Notes under the pieces: model-generated
What the model saw: only the letters and a program-made list of their open reading frames with translations
Told to the model about the DNA's origin: nothing
The model's database searches: none
Shown here: in pieces, positions 30,144 through 39,946 of the stretch
Numbering within the stretch: position 1 is the stretch's first letter
Layout: each line of letters begins with the position of its first letter
Program-made: the position numbers and the translations under genes
DNA from: an uncultured Campylobacter sp.
GTDB lineage: Bacteria > Actinomycetota > Actinomycetes > Mycobacteriales > Mycobacteriaceae
Length of the DNA: 64,000 nucleotides
Direction: 5' to 3'
NCBI GenBank assembly: GCA_946221035.1
Contig: CAMIME010000001.1
Span: 111,490 to 175,489, forward strand

Positions 30144-31616
30144 ATGACTACTCCTGCATCCAATGGTGGACAGCTCGCACAAATCGGTGTCGTCGGCATG
30201 GCGGTGATGGGCTCGAACCTCGCCCGCAACTTCGCTTCCCGCGGCCACACGGTGGCCATTTTTAACCGCTCTCCGGAGAAGACGCGCTCAGTGATCGACG
30301 AGTTCGGGCACGAGGGCAACTTCATTGCTTCGGAAACGATCGAGGAGTTTGTCGCGTCCCTCGAGCGGCCACGCAAGGCGGTCATCATGGTGCAGGCTGG
30401 TGCGGCAACGGATGCGGTGATCAACCAGCTGGTTGAGGCAATGGATGAGGGCGACATCATCATCGACGGCGGCAATTCCCTATTCACCGACACCATTCGC
30501 CGTGAGGCCGAGGTGGCGAAGACGGGCCGCCACTTCGTCGGCGCTGGTATTTCCGGCGGTGAGGAGGGGGCGTTGCGTGGTCCGTCCATCATGCCGGGTG
30601 GGCCGGCGGAGTCGTGGGAGACTCTTGGTCTCCTGCTCGAGGACATTTCCGCCAAGGTCGACGGCGTACCGTGCGTGACCCACATTGGACCCGACGGGGC
30701 CGGGCACTTTGCCAAAATGGTCCACAACGGTATCGAGTACGCGGATATGCAGGTTATTGGTGAGGCCTACCACCTGCTGCGCTACGCCGCAGGCATTGAG
30801 CCGGGCGAGATGGCGGACATCTTCACCGAATGGAACAAGGGTGACCTGGACTCCTATCTGATTGAGATCTCCGCGGAGGTGCTTCGCCAGAAGGACGCGC
30901 GGACGGGCAAGCCGTTTATCGACGTCATTGTGGATGCCGCGGGTCAGAAGGGCACCGGACGCTGGACCGTGAAGGAAGCGCTCGACCTCGGGGTTCCTAC
31001 CACCGGCATCGGTGAAGCCGTGTTTGCTCGCGCCCTGTCCTCCGCGCTCGCGCAGCGTGAAGCGGCACAGGAGATTGGTCTGCCGTCCGGTGATCTCACC
31101 TCGCTCGAATCCCTGCGCATTGACAAGCAGGAGTTCATCGAGGACGTCCGCCGCGCGCTCTACGCCTCCAAACTTGTGGCCTACGCGCAGGGGTTCGACG
31201 AGATCAACGCCGGCTCCCAGGAGCACGGCTGGGACATCAAGCCGGGTGATCTCGCACGCATCTGGCGCGGCGGCTGCATCATCCGGGCGAAGTTCCTGGA
31301 CCGTATCACCGAAGCGTACGAGCGTGACCCGCAGCTGCCCTCCCTCCTCCTGGACCCCTACTTCAAGGGTGAGCTGGAAAAGGGCCTGGTGGATTCGTGG
31401 CGCCGCGTCGTGGTCACCGCAACCCAGCTGGGGCTGCCCGTGCCAGTGTTCGCGTCCTCGCTGTCCTACTACGACTCGCTGCGCGCGCAGCGCTTGCCTG
31501 CCGCGTTGATCCAGGGCCAGCGCGACTTCTTCGGCGCGCACACGTACAAGCGGGTGGACATGGAGGGGACGTTCCACACCACCTGGTCCGGCGAGCGCGA
31601 GGAGCTCAGCTACTAG
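30144..31616 (+). CDS. gnd: 6-phosphogluconate dehydrogenase (decarboxylating)
   Basis: The start ATG at 30144 gives IGVVGMAVMGSNLARN...GAGHFAKMVHNGIEYADMQ, the canonical Gnd sequence. Confidence 0.9.
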   Translation: MTTPASNGGQLAQIGVVGMAVMGSNLARNFASRGHTVAIFNRSPEKTRSVIDEFGHEGNFIASETIEEFVASLERPRKAVIMVQAGAATDAVINQLVEAMDEGDIIIDGGNSLFTDTIRREAEVAKTGRHFVGAGISGGEEGALRGPSIMPGGPAESWETLGLLLEDISAKVDGVPCVTHIGPDGAGHFAKMVHNGIEYADMQVIGEAYHLLRYAAGIEPGEMADIFTEWNKGDLDSYLIEISAEVLRQKDARTGKPFIDVIVDAAGQKGTGRWTVKEALDLGVPTTGIGEAVFARALSSALAQREAAQEIGLPSGDLTSLESLRIDKQEFIEDVRRALYASKLVAYAQGFDEINAGSQEHGWDIKPGDLARIWRGGCIIRAKFLDRITEAYERDPQLPSLLLDPYFKGELEKGLVDSWRRVVVTATQLGLPVPVFASSLSYYDSLRAQRLPAALIQGQRDFFGAHTYKRVDMEGTFHTTWSGEREELSY

Positions 31617-31672
31617 GGCTTCCGGCCGGAGCTTTTGCCTCCCTGGGCCCCGCCCCGCGTAGAGTATCCCGA

Positions 31673-33013
31673 ATGACCACATTCGCCGACCTCGGCCTTC
31701 CCCGCCCGATCGTGCAGGTGCTTGCCCAACAGGGCATCACCGAGCCGTTCCCGATCCAAGCAGCGGCGATCCCCGATGCCCTTTCAGGCAAGGACGTCCT
31801 TGGGCGTGGGCCGACCGGATCTGGAAAGACATTCACGTTCGGTCTTCCCATGCTCGCCCGTTTGGAGGGAGCGCCGTCGAAGCCAGGCCACCCGCGTGGG
31901 CTCGTGTTGGCCCCCACCAGGGAGTTGGCCACGCAGATCCGCGAGCGTTTGGACGAACCGGCGGCCGCGCTGGGCTTGCGTGTGCTCGATGTAGTCGGCG
32001 GCGTCAACATCAACCACCACATCCGCTCGCTCGCCGCCCCGGTAGACATTCTGGTGGCCACCCCGGGTCGCGCCCAGGACCTGATCAATCAGGGGAAACT
32101 CTGGCTCGACCGGGTTGAGATCACCGCGTTGGATGAGGCCGATCAGATGGCCGACATGGGTTTCCTCCCCCAAGTGCGCAAGTTATTGGATCTCACGCCG
32201 CAAGGCGGGCAGCGGCTGCTGTTTTCCGCGACGCTGGACGGGGACGTCGAAAAGCTTGTGGCTCGCTACATGCGCAACCCGGTGGCGCACTCGACCGCCC
32301 CGGTTGAGGCCGCGGTGGACACCATGGAACACCACCGTCTCCTCGTCGGAGGCCGTGAGAGCAAGAATGAGATCGTCCTGCAGATTGCCGCCCGCGAGGG
32401 TAAGACGATCATGTTCATGCGCACCAAGCATGGCGTCGACCGCCAGGTGAAGAAGCTGCGCCGAGTCGGTATCAACGCCCTCGGCCTCCACGGCGACAAG
32501 GGTCAGGGCGCCCGCACGCGTGCGTTAGAGGGGTTCGCAGACGGCTCGGCGCCGGTGCTGGTTGCTACCGACATCGCCGCGCGCGGCATCGATATCGACG
32601 ATGTCAGCTTGGTGGTGCACGTGGACCCGCCCGCCGAACACAAGGCATACCTGCACCGCGCCGGGCGCACAGCGCGCGCGGGTGAGTCTGGCACGGTGGT
32701 CACGCTTGTGATGGACGAACAGCGGAAAGAGGTTTCCCAGTTGCTGCGCAAGGCCGGAGTGGACGCGCAGGAAGTCTCGGTCGAGCCGATGTCGGAGTCC
32801 TTGGTTACGATTACCGGAGCACGCGTCCCGAACGGAACGCCGCTGCCCCCTCCCGGTCAGCCCCAGCAGGGGTCGAGGCCGCAGGGCGGGGCTCGACGGC
32901 GCTCATCTTCCCCCGGCCGCAGGTCGTCGGGAGGACGCACGAGCGGTAACGGGCAGCGGGCTGGAGCGCGGGGCCGCCGCGCGAACTCTCAACGAAGGAG
33001 TAATGGCCGCTAA
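31673..33013 (+). CDS. DEAD-box ATP-dependent RNA helicase
   Basis: It has the Q-motif region and the motifs GPTGSGKT, PTRELA and DEAD, with a basic RG-rich C-terminal tail. The start is the ATG at 31673 (MTTFADLGL). Confidence 0.85.
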   Translation: MTTFADLGLPRPIVQVLAQQGITEPFPIQAAAIPDALSGKDVLGRGPTGSGKTFTFGLPMLARLEGAPSKPGHPRGLVLAPTRELATQIRERLDEPAAALGLRVLDVVGGVNINHHIRSLAAPVDILVATPGRAQDLINQGKLWLDRVEITALDEADQMADMGFLPQVRKLLDLTPQGGQRLLFSATLDGDVEKLVARYMRNPVAHSTAPVEAAVDTMEHHRLLVGGRESKNEIVLQIAAREGKTIMFMRTKHGVDRQVKKLRRVGINALGLHGDKGQGARTRALEGFADGSAPVLVATDIAARGIDIDDVSLVVHVDPPAEHKAYLHRAGRTARAGESGTVVTLVMDEQRKEVSQLLRKAGVDAQEVSVEPMSESLVTITGARVPNGTPLPPPGQPQQGSRPQGGARRRSSSPGRRSSGGRTSGNGQRAGARGRRANSQRRSNGR

Positions 33014-33031
33014 GGCTCACCAACCACCCCC

Positions 33032-34438
33032 ATGGACCTCTTCCTCTCCATCCTCGCCCTCCTGGCCTTTGTCGCGCTAACGGCCTCGACGGGCTTGTTC
33101 GTCGCGATCGAGTTCGCGATGACCGGTATCGAGCGCTCGACGGTGGAAGCGCATGTGAAAGAGCGTGGCGACGGTCGAGCGCGCGCAGTCGCTCGCGATC
33201 ACGCCAACCTCTCTTTTGTCCTCTCCGGTGCGCAGCTGGGGATCACCTTGACCACGCTCGCCTCAGGTTTCCTCGCGGAACCTGTGCTGGGCAAGTTCTT
33301 CACCCCGGCTTTAGAAGCCGTCGGCCTGCCCGGCGCCGCGTCCAAGACGGTAGCGCTAGTCCTGGCGCTTGCGGTGGCGACACTGCTGTCGATGGTGTTC
33401 GGCGAGCTGGTGCCGAAGAACATCGCGATTACGGATCCGCTTTCAACAGCACGTGTAGTGGTACCCCCGGTGCACTGGTTCAACACGGCGTTTCGGTGGT
33501 TCATCCACTTCCTTAACGCTTCAGCTAACTGGGTGGTGCGAAAACTCGGAATCGAGCCGGCGGACGAGTTGGCTTCCGCCCGGTCGTCCCAAGAGCTCGG
33601 CGCCATGGTGCGCAGCTCCGCGGAGGCAGGTGGGTTAGATGCTGCGACGGCGGCGGTCATCGACCGGTCCCTGCGATTCGGGGACACCACGGCGGAGGAG
33701 GTGATGACTCCGCGTTCCACCATCGAGTCCCTGGACGCGGACGACACGGTTGCGGATCTCATCGCGCTGGCCAGGGAGACCGGGCATTCCCGCTTCCCTG
33801 TCCGCCGAGGTGACCTGGACGACACCCTGGGCGTCGTGCACGTAAAAGACGCGTTTTCTGTCGACCGAGCGGAACGGGCTACCACAAAGCTGGCAGGCAT
33901 CGCGCGGCAGGTTCCCTTCGTGCCGGGCACGCTGGATGGAGACTCTGTGCTCAACCGCGTGCGTTCGGCCGGCTCCCAGGTGGTGCTAGTGGCGGACGAG
34001 TACGGCGGCACCCAAGGCTTGGTCACCATCGAGGACCTCGTTGAAGAGATTCTGGGTGAGGTGTACGACGAATACGACGACCGGGAAAGCGACCGCGACT
34101 TCGTCCGCTACGGCACGTCTTGGGACGTCTCGGGCCTGGTTCGCTTGGACGAGTTCGCTGAGCGCACGGGGTTCGATGCCCCGGACGGGCCGTATGAAAC
34201 GCTCGGTGGGTTGATCATGGCCACGCTGGGCAGGATTCCGGAGGTTGGTGACGAAGTGGTGCTCACGGACGGCGCGACATCGTTCCAGGAAGAGTTCAAA
34301 TCCGGTGTCGGTGGTGAATGGCTCGCCCAGGTCACCGACATGGACGGCCGGCGCATCGACCGTGCGTTGCTACGGCCCATTTCGCCCGAAGAGGCGGAGG
34401 AAGCCGCCCTAGCCCAGCAGCAAGGTGAGGCGAAATGA
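33032..34438 (+). CDS. DUF21/CBS-pair/CorC-HlyC domain membrane protein (CNNM/TlyC family)
   Basis: An N-terminal DUF21 four-TM region, a CBS pair and a CorC_HlyC domain. It is the first of two tandem paralogs. Confidence 0.75.
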   Translation: MDLFLSILALLAFVALTASTGLFVAIEFAMTGIERSTVEAHVKERGDGRARAVARDHANLSFVLSGAQLGITLTTLASGFLAEPVLGKFFTPALEAVGLPGAASKTVALVLALAVATLLSMVFGELVPKNIAITDPLSTARVVVPPVHWFNTAFRWFIHFLNASANWVVRKLGIEPADELASARSSQELGAMVRSSAEAGGLDAATAAVIDRSLRFGDTTAEEVMTPRSTIESLDADDTVADLIALARETGHSRFPVRRGDLDDTLGVVHVKDAFSVDRAERATTKLAGIARQVPFVPGTLDGDSVLNRVRSAGSQVVLVADEYGGTQGLVTIEDLVEEILGEVYDEYDDRESDRDFVRYGTSWDVSGLVRLDEFAERTGFDAPDGPYETLGGLIMATLGRIPEVGDEVVLTDGATSFQEEFKSGVGGEWLAQVTDMDGRRIDRALLRPISPEEAEEAALAQQQGEAK

Positions 34439-35493
34439 GTATCTGGTTCGCCATCCTCCTCATCGTCGGCCTGCTTGCCGCAAACGCCTTCTTCGTCAGC
34501 GCCGAGTTCGCCCTGGTGTCCTCGCGCAGAGACCGCCTCGAATCACTCCTTGCGCAGGGCAAGAAGCAAGCGGAGCACGTGCTCTACGCCACGGAGCACC
34601 TCTCGATCTACCTCGCTGGTGCCCAGTTTGGTATCACCGTCGCATCGCTGATCCTGGGCAAGGTGGCAGAGCCCGCGATCGCCACCTATATCGAGGGGCC
34701 CTTCCTGCGTCTCGGAGCCCCGGAGGATCTCCTCCACCCGATCTCCTTCGTCATCGCGCTCGCTATCATTTCGTTCTTGCACATCTTGTTCGGCGAGATG
34801 GTGCCAAAGAACATCGCGATCGCGGGACCTGAACAAACCGCGATGTGGCTCACCCCTGCGATGACGCTGTGGATCAAGCTCACCCGGCCCGTGTTGGAGG
34901 CGCTGAACTGGGTGTCGCGCAAGACCCTGCAAGCGTTCGGCATCGAGCAACGCGACGAGCTCGACGCCACCGTGGACCAGCAGCAGCTGGCGTCCATGAT
35001 CCAGGAATCGCGCGAAGAGGGCCTTCTGGACGCCGAAGAAACGGTGCGCCTAGCCAAGGCCCTGCGCCAGGATTCACGGAGCCTGCGCGAGGTCATGATT
35101 CCGCTGAAGGACCTCAAAACCATCCCCTACAACCCGCGCGGCATCCGCCTCTCCGTCATCGAGGAGGCAGTGCGTGAAACGGGGTACTCGCGCTTCCCCG
35201 TCCGGTTCGGCGCAAACACCCTGGTGGGCTACGTGCACGTCAAGGATATTTTGGACTTGATGGAGTCCGACGACGTCGACCCCGTGGCACCGGCGAAGCG
35301 CATTCGGCCGCTGACTGTGGTGGACGGCGCCCAGTCGATGGATGACGCACTCGCCCAGCTCCACCGACGCTCCGCGCACATGGCTGAGGTGCACGAAAAC
35401 GGCATCCTCGTCGGCGTCGTCGCGCTGGAGGACCTAATTGAGGAGTACGTGGGCACCGTGTCCGACTGGACCCACGAGGACGAGCAAGAGTAG
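34435..35493 (+). CDS. DUF21/CBS-pair domain membrane protein (CNNM/TlyC family), second paralog
   Basis: It has the same architecture as the upstream gene, with a shorter C-terminus. Its start overlaps the upstream stop in an ATGA arrangement. Confidence 0.75.
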   Translation: MSIWFAILLIVGLLAANAFFVSAEFALVSSRRDRLESLLAQGKKQAEHVLYATEHLSIYLAGAQFGITVASLILGKVAEPAIATYIEGPFLRLGAPEDLLHPISFVIALAIISFLHILFGEMVPKNIAIAGPEQTAMWLTPAMTLWIKLTRPVLEALNWVSRKTLQAFGIEQRDELDATVDQQQLASMIQESREEGLLDAEETVRLAKALRQDSRSLREVMIPLKDLKTIPYNPRGIRLSVIEEAVRETGYSRFPVRFGANTLVGYVHVKDILDLMESDDVDPVAPAKRIRPLTVVDGAQSMDDALAQLHRRSAHMAEVHENGILVGVVALEDLIEEYVGTVSDWTHEDEQE

Positions 35494-35497
35494 CCCT

Positions 35498-36370
35498 GTG
35501 GTCCAGCTGCTCTCCCCCGACGTCTACCTCGAACGCATTGCCACCCACGAAGCGCGCGCCGCAAAGTGGGCTGACCCGAGGGTCGAACGACGCGCCCACG
35601 GCGAGGGGCACCCTGTGTGGGATTTCCTGTTCGACTACTACCCACTACGCCCCGCGCACCTCAAGCGCTGGCACCCCGGCGCTGGCGTCGGCCTTGTCGA
35701 CGGCCACGGGTTGCCCCACGCCAAGTGGCGGGATTACGTGGTCTCGCCTCAGGGCACCGTTTCCCTTGACGTGGCCTCCTTCATGCGCCACCGAGGACAA
35801 GAGGTGGAGTGGGTGAAGGGGCTGCTCGGAGCCGTCGAGAAGCGGGAAGCTCACTTCGATTGCTTCGGGCTGCACGAATGGGCCATGGTGTACCGAACGA
35901 ACGCGCCGCGCCACGGTTTGCCGCTGCGGCTTGGGGCCGAGGGCACCAACGCTGTGGTGGAATCGCACCAGCTGAAGTGCTCCCACTTCGACGCCTTTCG
36001 ATTCTTCACTCCGGCTGCGCGACCGCTGAACCTTACGGTGCTCAACCGGGAGACGCAGGCGGACCATGATCAGCCCGGGTGCGTGCACGTGAGCATGGAC
36101 CTGTACAAGTGGGCGATTAAGCTGGGCCCGCTTGTGCCTGGAGAGCTGTTGATGGACGCCTTTGAGCTCGCAGCCGAGGCGCGCCGGCTGGACATGGAGG
36201 CCTCCCCATACGACTGCAGGGAGCTCGGTTTCGACGTCGTCGCCGTGGAGACGCCCGCTGGGAAAGCAACGTACGTGTCCCGTCAGCGCGACCTTGCGCG
36301 CCGGGCGCGGCCGATCCGCGAGGGCTTACTTACCGCAATTGACGCAGCCCAGGCAATGCTCCCAAGCTAA
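35498..36370 (+). CDS. Conserved hypothetical protein (family often annotated as 3-methyladenine DNA glycosylase-like)
   Basis: A GTG start 5 bp after the stop of the previous gene; the conserved His/Trp-rich motifs CFGLHEWAMVY and CSHFDAFRFF. The functional assignment is uncertain. Confidence 0.5.
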   Translation: MVQLLSPDVYLERIATHEARAAKWADPRVERRAHGEGHPVWDFLFDYYPLRPAHLKRWHPGAGVGLVDGHGLPHAKWRDYVVSPQGTVSLDVASFMRHRGQEVEWVKGLLGAVEKREAHFDCFGLHEWAMVYRTNAPRHGLPLRLGAEGTNAVVESHQLKCSHFDAFRFFTPAARPLNLTVLNRETQADHDQPGCVHVSMDLYKWAIKLGPLVPGELLMDAFELAAEARRLDMEASPYDCRELGFDVVAVETPAGKATYVSRQRDLARRARPIREGLLTAIDAAQAMLPS

Positions 36371-36421
36371 ACTTGCGCTTGAGGTTTGGCACGCGTCGAC
36401 AGCAAAGGCGGTACATCTGCG

Positions 36422-37822
36422 ATGGCACGGCATTCGAACGGCAAGAACAACTACTCGTTGTCCGCAGGCGCGATCGTCGTACTGCTGGTCCTAGCGCTGG
36501 CGGTTGCCAGCGCGATCTGGTACGTCCTCGGCCGCGACGATGCGGCGGAACTATCCGCCGCCAGCGAGCCGAACTGCGTCGCGGGTGACCTCACGCTTCC
36601 CATCGCCGCGTCAGACAGCTCCGCGGGCAAGACGCTTATCGACGCCTACGGTCGCAACCACCCAGTCGTCCGCGACTACTGCGTCCGCCCGGAGCTGGTC
36701 ACAGATCTCGCGTCGGCCGCGGTGTACATCGCACCCAACACTGGGGTGACACACCAGGAGATCGCGAACGCGGGGCGCAACGCCGCGGTGTCGGACCCGC
36801 AGCCGGTGTTGAGTGACACCGTTGGTCTTGCTGGCAGGGAGGATGCCGACCCAGCGAAGGTGGATCTGTCGAAGGTGCGCTTCCCCGTCGCGGAGGAACC
36901 CGCAGCCTCCGCCCTTGTGGCCTCGCTCGTCGCTGCGAACGACAGCGACGCGATCAAGGCGTTGACGGACCAGCGGATCACGCGCCTGGACGATTTTTCT
37001 GCGGATGACGGCACATTCGCCGCGACGGCCGAGGGCAGTACCCCGGAGGGCCTGACATTTACTCCGCTTGCGGGCGAGGTGGTCTACACCGCCATCGCTC
37101 TCAACCAGAACGATCGTGTCGATGAGAACCAGTCCCGGGCCGGGCAGGATTTCGCCCGATTCTCCGCCGAGCGTTTCGACGGCTCCGTTGCCGACCAACC
37201 CGTTATCCCCGACCTCGTTTGGGCGGCCGCGATGCCGACCGGCGGCGAGAACATCACCTCCACCTCTTCGGATGAGACCGCGCCGGAGAACACCTTGTTC
37301 CTGCTGGACACTTCGGACGCTATGGCACCTTACATTGACGCCGCCGCCGAGGCGATCGGGGTGACGGCGCGTGAGGTTGCCGCGGCCGGGTACGAGGTGG
37401 GGTTGTGGAACTACTCCTCCCCCTTGAACCCAGGCGTAGTGCTCAGTTACCGCCGGAACATTGACCTGAGTGAGGGCGGTGACGATGTCGCCACCGCGGT
37501 GTCGCGTTTCCTCACGGGTGGAGTGCCGCAAACCCGTGAGGCACTCGAGGCCGCGGTGAGCGCCTACTCCCAGGCCCCAGCCAAGACCCGAATCGTCTTG
37601 GTTACCACGGGCACAGCCGACAGCTCAGGCAGCGCGGAGGACGATTCCACATACGTTGACGTCGTGGGCAATAGCGCCGGGGACAACGTGGATATCAGCG
37701 TCGTGCACGTAGGTGGCGGCCAGACCGATGCGGCTGTAGAGAAACTCGCCCGCGTCCACGAGACGGCAGACGGCGGGCAAGAAGAAATGGCCGCGGCTGT
37801 CAAGCGCGCGGCCGGGTTATAA
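36422..37822 (+). CDS. Membrane-anchored protein with a C-terminal vWA-like domain
   Basis: A single N-terminal TM segment (SAGAIVVLLVLALAVASAIWYVL) and a long Ala/Asp-rich extracytoplasmic region are followed by a DxSxS MIDAS-like motif (LLDTSDAM). The in-frame TTG at 36386 is an alternative start. Confidence 0.55.
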   Translation: MARHSNGKNNYSLSAGAIVVLLVLALAVASAIWYVLGRDDAAELSAASEPNCVAGDLTLPIAASDSSAGKTLIDAYGRNHPVVRDYCVRPELVTDLASAAVYIAPNTGVTHQEIANAGRNAAVSDPQPVLSDTVGLAGREDADPAKVDLSKVRFPVAEEPAASALVASLVAANDSDAIKALTDQRITRLDDFSADDGTFAATAEGSTPEGLTFTPLAGEVVYTAIALNQNDRVDENQSRAGQDFARFSAERFDGSVADQPVIPDLVWAAAMPTGGENITSTSSDETAPENTLFLLDTSDAMAPYIDAAAEAIGVTAREVAAAGYEVGLWNYSSPLNPGVVLSYRRNIDLSEGGDDVATAVSRFLTGGVPQTREALEAAVSAYSQAPAKTRIVLVTTGTADSSGSAEDDSTYVDVVGNSAGDNVDISVVHVGGGQTDAAVEKLARVHETADGGQEEMAAAVKRAAGL

Positions 37823-37839
37823 AAGCTGGTGTAACAAGC

Positions 37840-38439
37840 TTAGGAGGACTTGCGGCGGCGGCGATCCGCCAGCTCGTCGAAGCCCACCACGTTTGCCACA
37901 TCGCCCTCGTCGGCCACACGCTCGGAGGGGAAGGAGGAAATGGTACCGGTCAGCTCCTTCATAATCTGCGGTACAGCAATACCGAACACACCCTGACCGC
38001 CGTTAAGCAGGTCGATGATCTCCTCGCTGCTACGGCACTCGTAGACGGTGACGCCGTCGGAGACCAGGGTGATCTCCGCAATATCGCTCACACCCCGGTC
38101 GCGCAGCTTGTCCACGGCGAGGCGGATGTTCTGTAGCGAGATGCCGGTATCGAGGAGGCCCTTCACGATCTTCAGCACCAGGATGTCCTTGAAGGAGTAC
38201 AAGCGCTGAGACCCGGAGCCCTTCGCACCTCGCACGGAGGGCCGCACCAGGCCGGTGCGTGCCCAGTAATCGAGCTGACGGTAGGTGATGCCAGCCACCT
38301 GGCACGCAATGGGCACACGGTAGCCGACTTCGTCGGACGGCCCGACGTCGAAAAGCGACTCCTGCACCGGGGAGTCGGCCGGTGCCATGTCGCTACCGGG
38401 AGAAAAAGTGCTGCCGTTCACGTAATTACTCCAATGCAA
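37840..38439 (-). CDS. MerR-family transcriptional regulator (Rv1830-like)
   Basis: It has a MerR HTH (YRVPIACQVAGITYRQLDYWARTGLV). The true start may be the internal ATG at 38386-38388. Confidence 0.7.
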   Translation of the reverse strand: MHWSNYVNGSTFSPGSDMAPADSPVQESLFDVGPSDEVGYRVPIACQVAGITYRQLDYWARTGLVRPSVRGAKGSGSQRLYSFKDILVLKIVKGLLDTGISLQNIRLAVDKLRDRGVSDIAEITLVSDGVTVYECRSSEEIIDLLNGGQGVFGIAVPQIMKELTGTISSFPSERVADEGDVANVVGFDELADRRRRKSS

Positions 38440-38537
38440 GTTCGCTGAAGGCCTGTTAACTATTAAATGCTAACGATACGCAGCAGGTCAAGCATTCCAG
38501 CGGCAACACGCCGAAGTTTCAACCTCAAGTTGAGGGT

Positions 38538-39089
38538 TTAATCGTCGAACAGGGTGTCATCTACGCCGAGGTTACGCATGAGTTCCTCGAAGTCGGCGTC
38601 CGCTTGAGCGTCCCCGCTCGCAGAGACATGCTCCTCATCCTCCAGGGGCTCGGCCAGATCCTCGGCGGCATCCCCCAAGAAGGTCTGAGCGTCCTCCTTC
38701 GAGAGGTACATCGAGGCTTGGGCCGCGACCGCGTCGTCTACCTGGATCTCCACGTCCATCTCAACTGCGAGCAGCAAGGCATCCGATGCTCGCAGGTCGA
38801 TCTCGGTTCCGCCGATGAGCGTTGCCGTGGCCATGAACGTGCCGTTGTAGTAGCTCGACAGCTCGATGGACTCAATCCCGGGAGTCGCATCCCGCAGGAT
38901 GTCCGCCATTGCGTCCACAGCCCGTGGTCGGTTGGGCTGCCAGCCGTCGAGACGCGCTGCAAGCTGTGCCCCCTCGAACGGCGGCAGCCAAACGGGGATC
39001 ACCTTGCTGTCATCTGGGCGCTGGAGCAGCGCGCAGAGGAAACTCTCGGGGCCGACCGGCACGACCCCGATAAGGGTGAGAGATTGCAT
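38538..39089 (-). CDS. Bifunctional nuclease family protein (DUF151, Rv1829-like)
   Basis: A conserved DUF151 core with an acidic C-terminal tail. It sits between two MerR-type regulator genes, as in mycobacteria. Confidence 0.7.
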   Translation of the reverse strand: MQSLTLIGVVPVGPESFLCALLQRPDDSKVIPVWLPPFEGAQLAARLDGWQPNRPRAVDAMADILRDATPGIESIELSSYYNGTFMATATLIGGTEIDLRASDALLLAVEMDVEIQVDDAVAAQASMYLSKEDAQTFLGDAAEDLAEPLEDEEHVSASGDAQADADFEELMRNLGVDDTLFDD

Positions 39090-39102
39090 GCCGCCCCCGC
39101 AG

Positions 39103-39861
39103 TTAGGAACCGAGCTGGTTGCGCAGCTCGTTCTTCACCAAGGACGCGTGGAGCGAAACCACGAGCGCAGACATCTGCTGGGCGATCTCTTCGGCCTTCT
39201 GCTGCGACGTCACCTTGCCGGACTTCGCCACAGGCTCAGTGACCTGGTGGATCATGTCAGCCTGGCGCACCGCGGCGGTACGGATCGTTTTCACGTGGCG
39301 GGAATCCAGACCGAACTCAGCCAGTGCCTGCGCGGTGGTCACGGTGCGCACGTCGTCAGCGGAGAACAGCCCGGCGCCGTTGGGGGTGATCACACCGAGT
39401 GCGATGTACTCGTCCACCACGTCCTGGGAGGTCTCTGCGCGGGCGGCGACCTCATCCGCGGTGAGCTGCGTCGCGGCCGGGGCGCGGAAGTTCTCCGGGG
39501 AGATCATTGGCCCCTGCTCCCCCGCCTGCTCCGCGGGGGACACCAACGCAGCAACTTGCCCGGAATCCATCGCGTCCAGCTGCTCGCGGATCACCTTCAG
39601 CGGCAGGTAGTTGTCGCGCTGGGTAACCAGGATGTAGCGAAGACGCTCCACGTCAGCCTCGGTGAACCGGCGGTAACCGGAAGCGGTGCGCTGGGGCGTG
39701 ATCAGGCCCTCGGACTCGAGAAAGCGGATCTTCGACACCGTGATATCGGGAAACTCCGACCGGAGGCGTTCGAGCACGACACCGATCGACATCGTCTTGG
39801 CTGGCTTCACTGCTGCCGAGGAAGATGCCTGCTGGGAGGATGCTTTGCGGATAGCGCTCAC
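39103..39861 (-). CDS. ftsR: MerR-family cell-division regulator FtsR (Rv1828-like)
   Basis: It has a MerR HTH (IGVVLERLRSEFPDITVSKIRFLESEGLI) and a C-terminal dimerisation region, and lies adjacent to odhI/garA. Confidence 0.75.
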   Translation of the reverse strand: MSAIRKASSQQASSSAAVKPAKTMSIGVVLERLRSEFPDITVSKIRFLESEGLITPQRTASGYRRFTEADVERLRYILVTQRDNYLPLKVIREQLDAMDSGQVAALVSPAEQAGEQGPMISPENFRAPAATQLTADEVAARAETSQDVVDEYIALGVITPNGAGLFSADDVRTVTTAQALAEFGLDSRHVKTIRTAAVRQADMIHQVTEPVAKSGKVTSQQKAEEIAQQMSALVVSLHASLVKNELRNQLGS

Positions 39862-39946
39862 GGGTTGAAGTCTTTCCCTTGTGTTCGTGCCCCAAAGGGC
39901 CTAATCGGTCTGTGTCTGGTGGCCGGGTTCTGGCCCTAGGTTTGCC

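Noticed and set aside
30480-31682. 400-aa minus-strand ORF
   Set aside because: It is antisense to gnd.
36386-36421. TTG start giving a 12-aa longer N-terminus for the vWA-like protein
   Set aside because: The ATG at 36422 has a better-placed AAAGGCGG Shine-Dalgarno-like sequence. The TTG start is kept as an alternative only.
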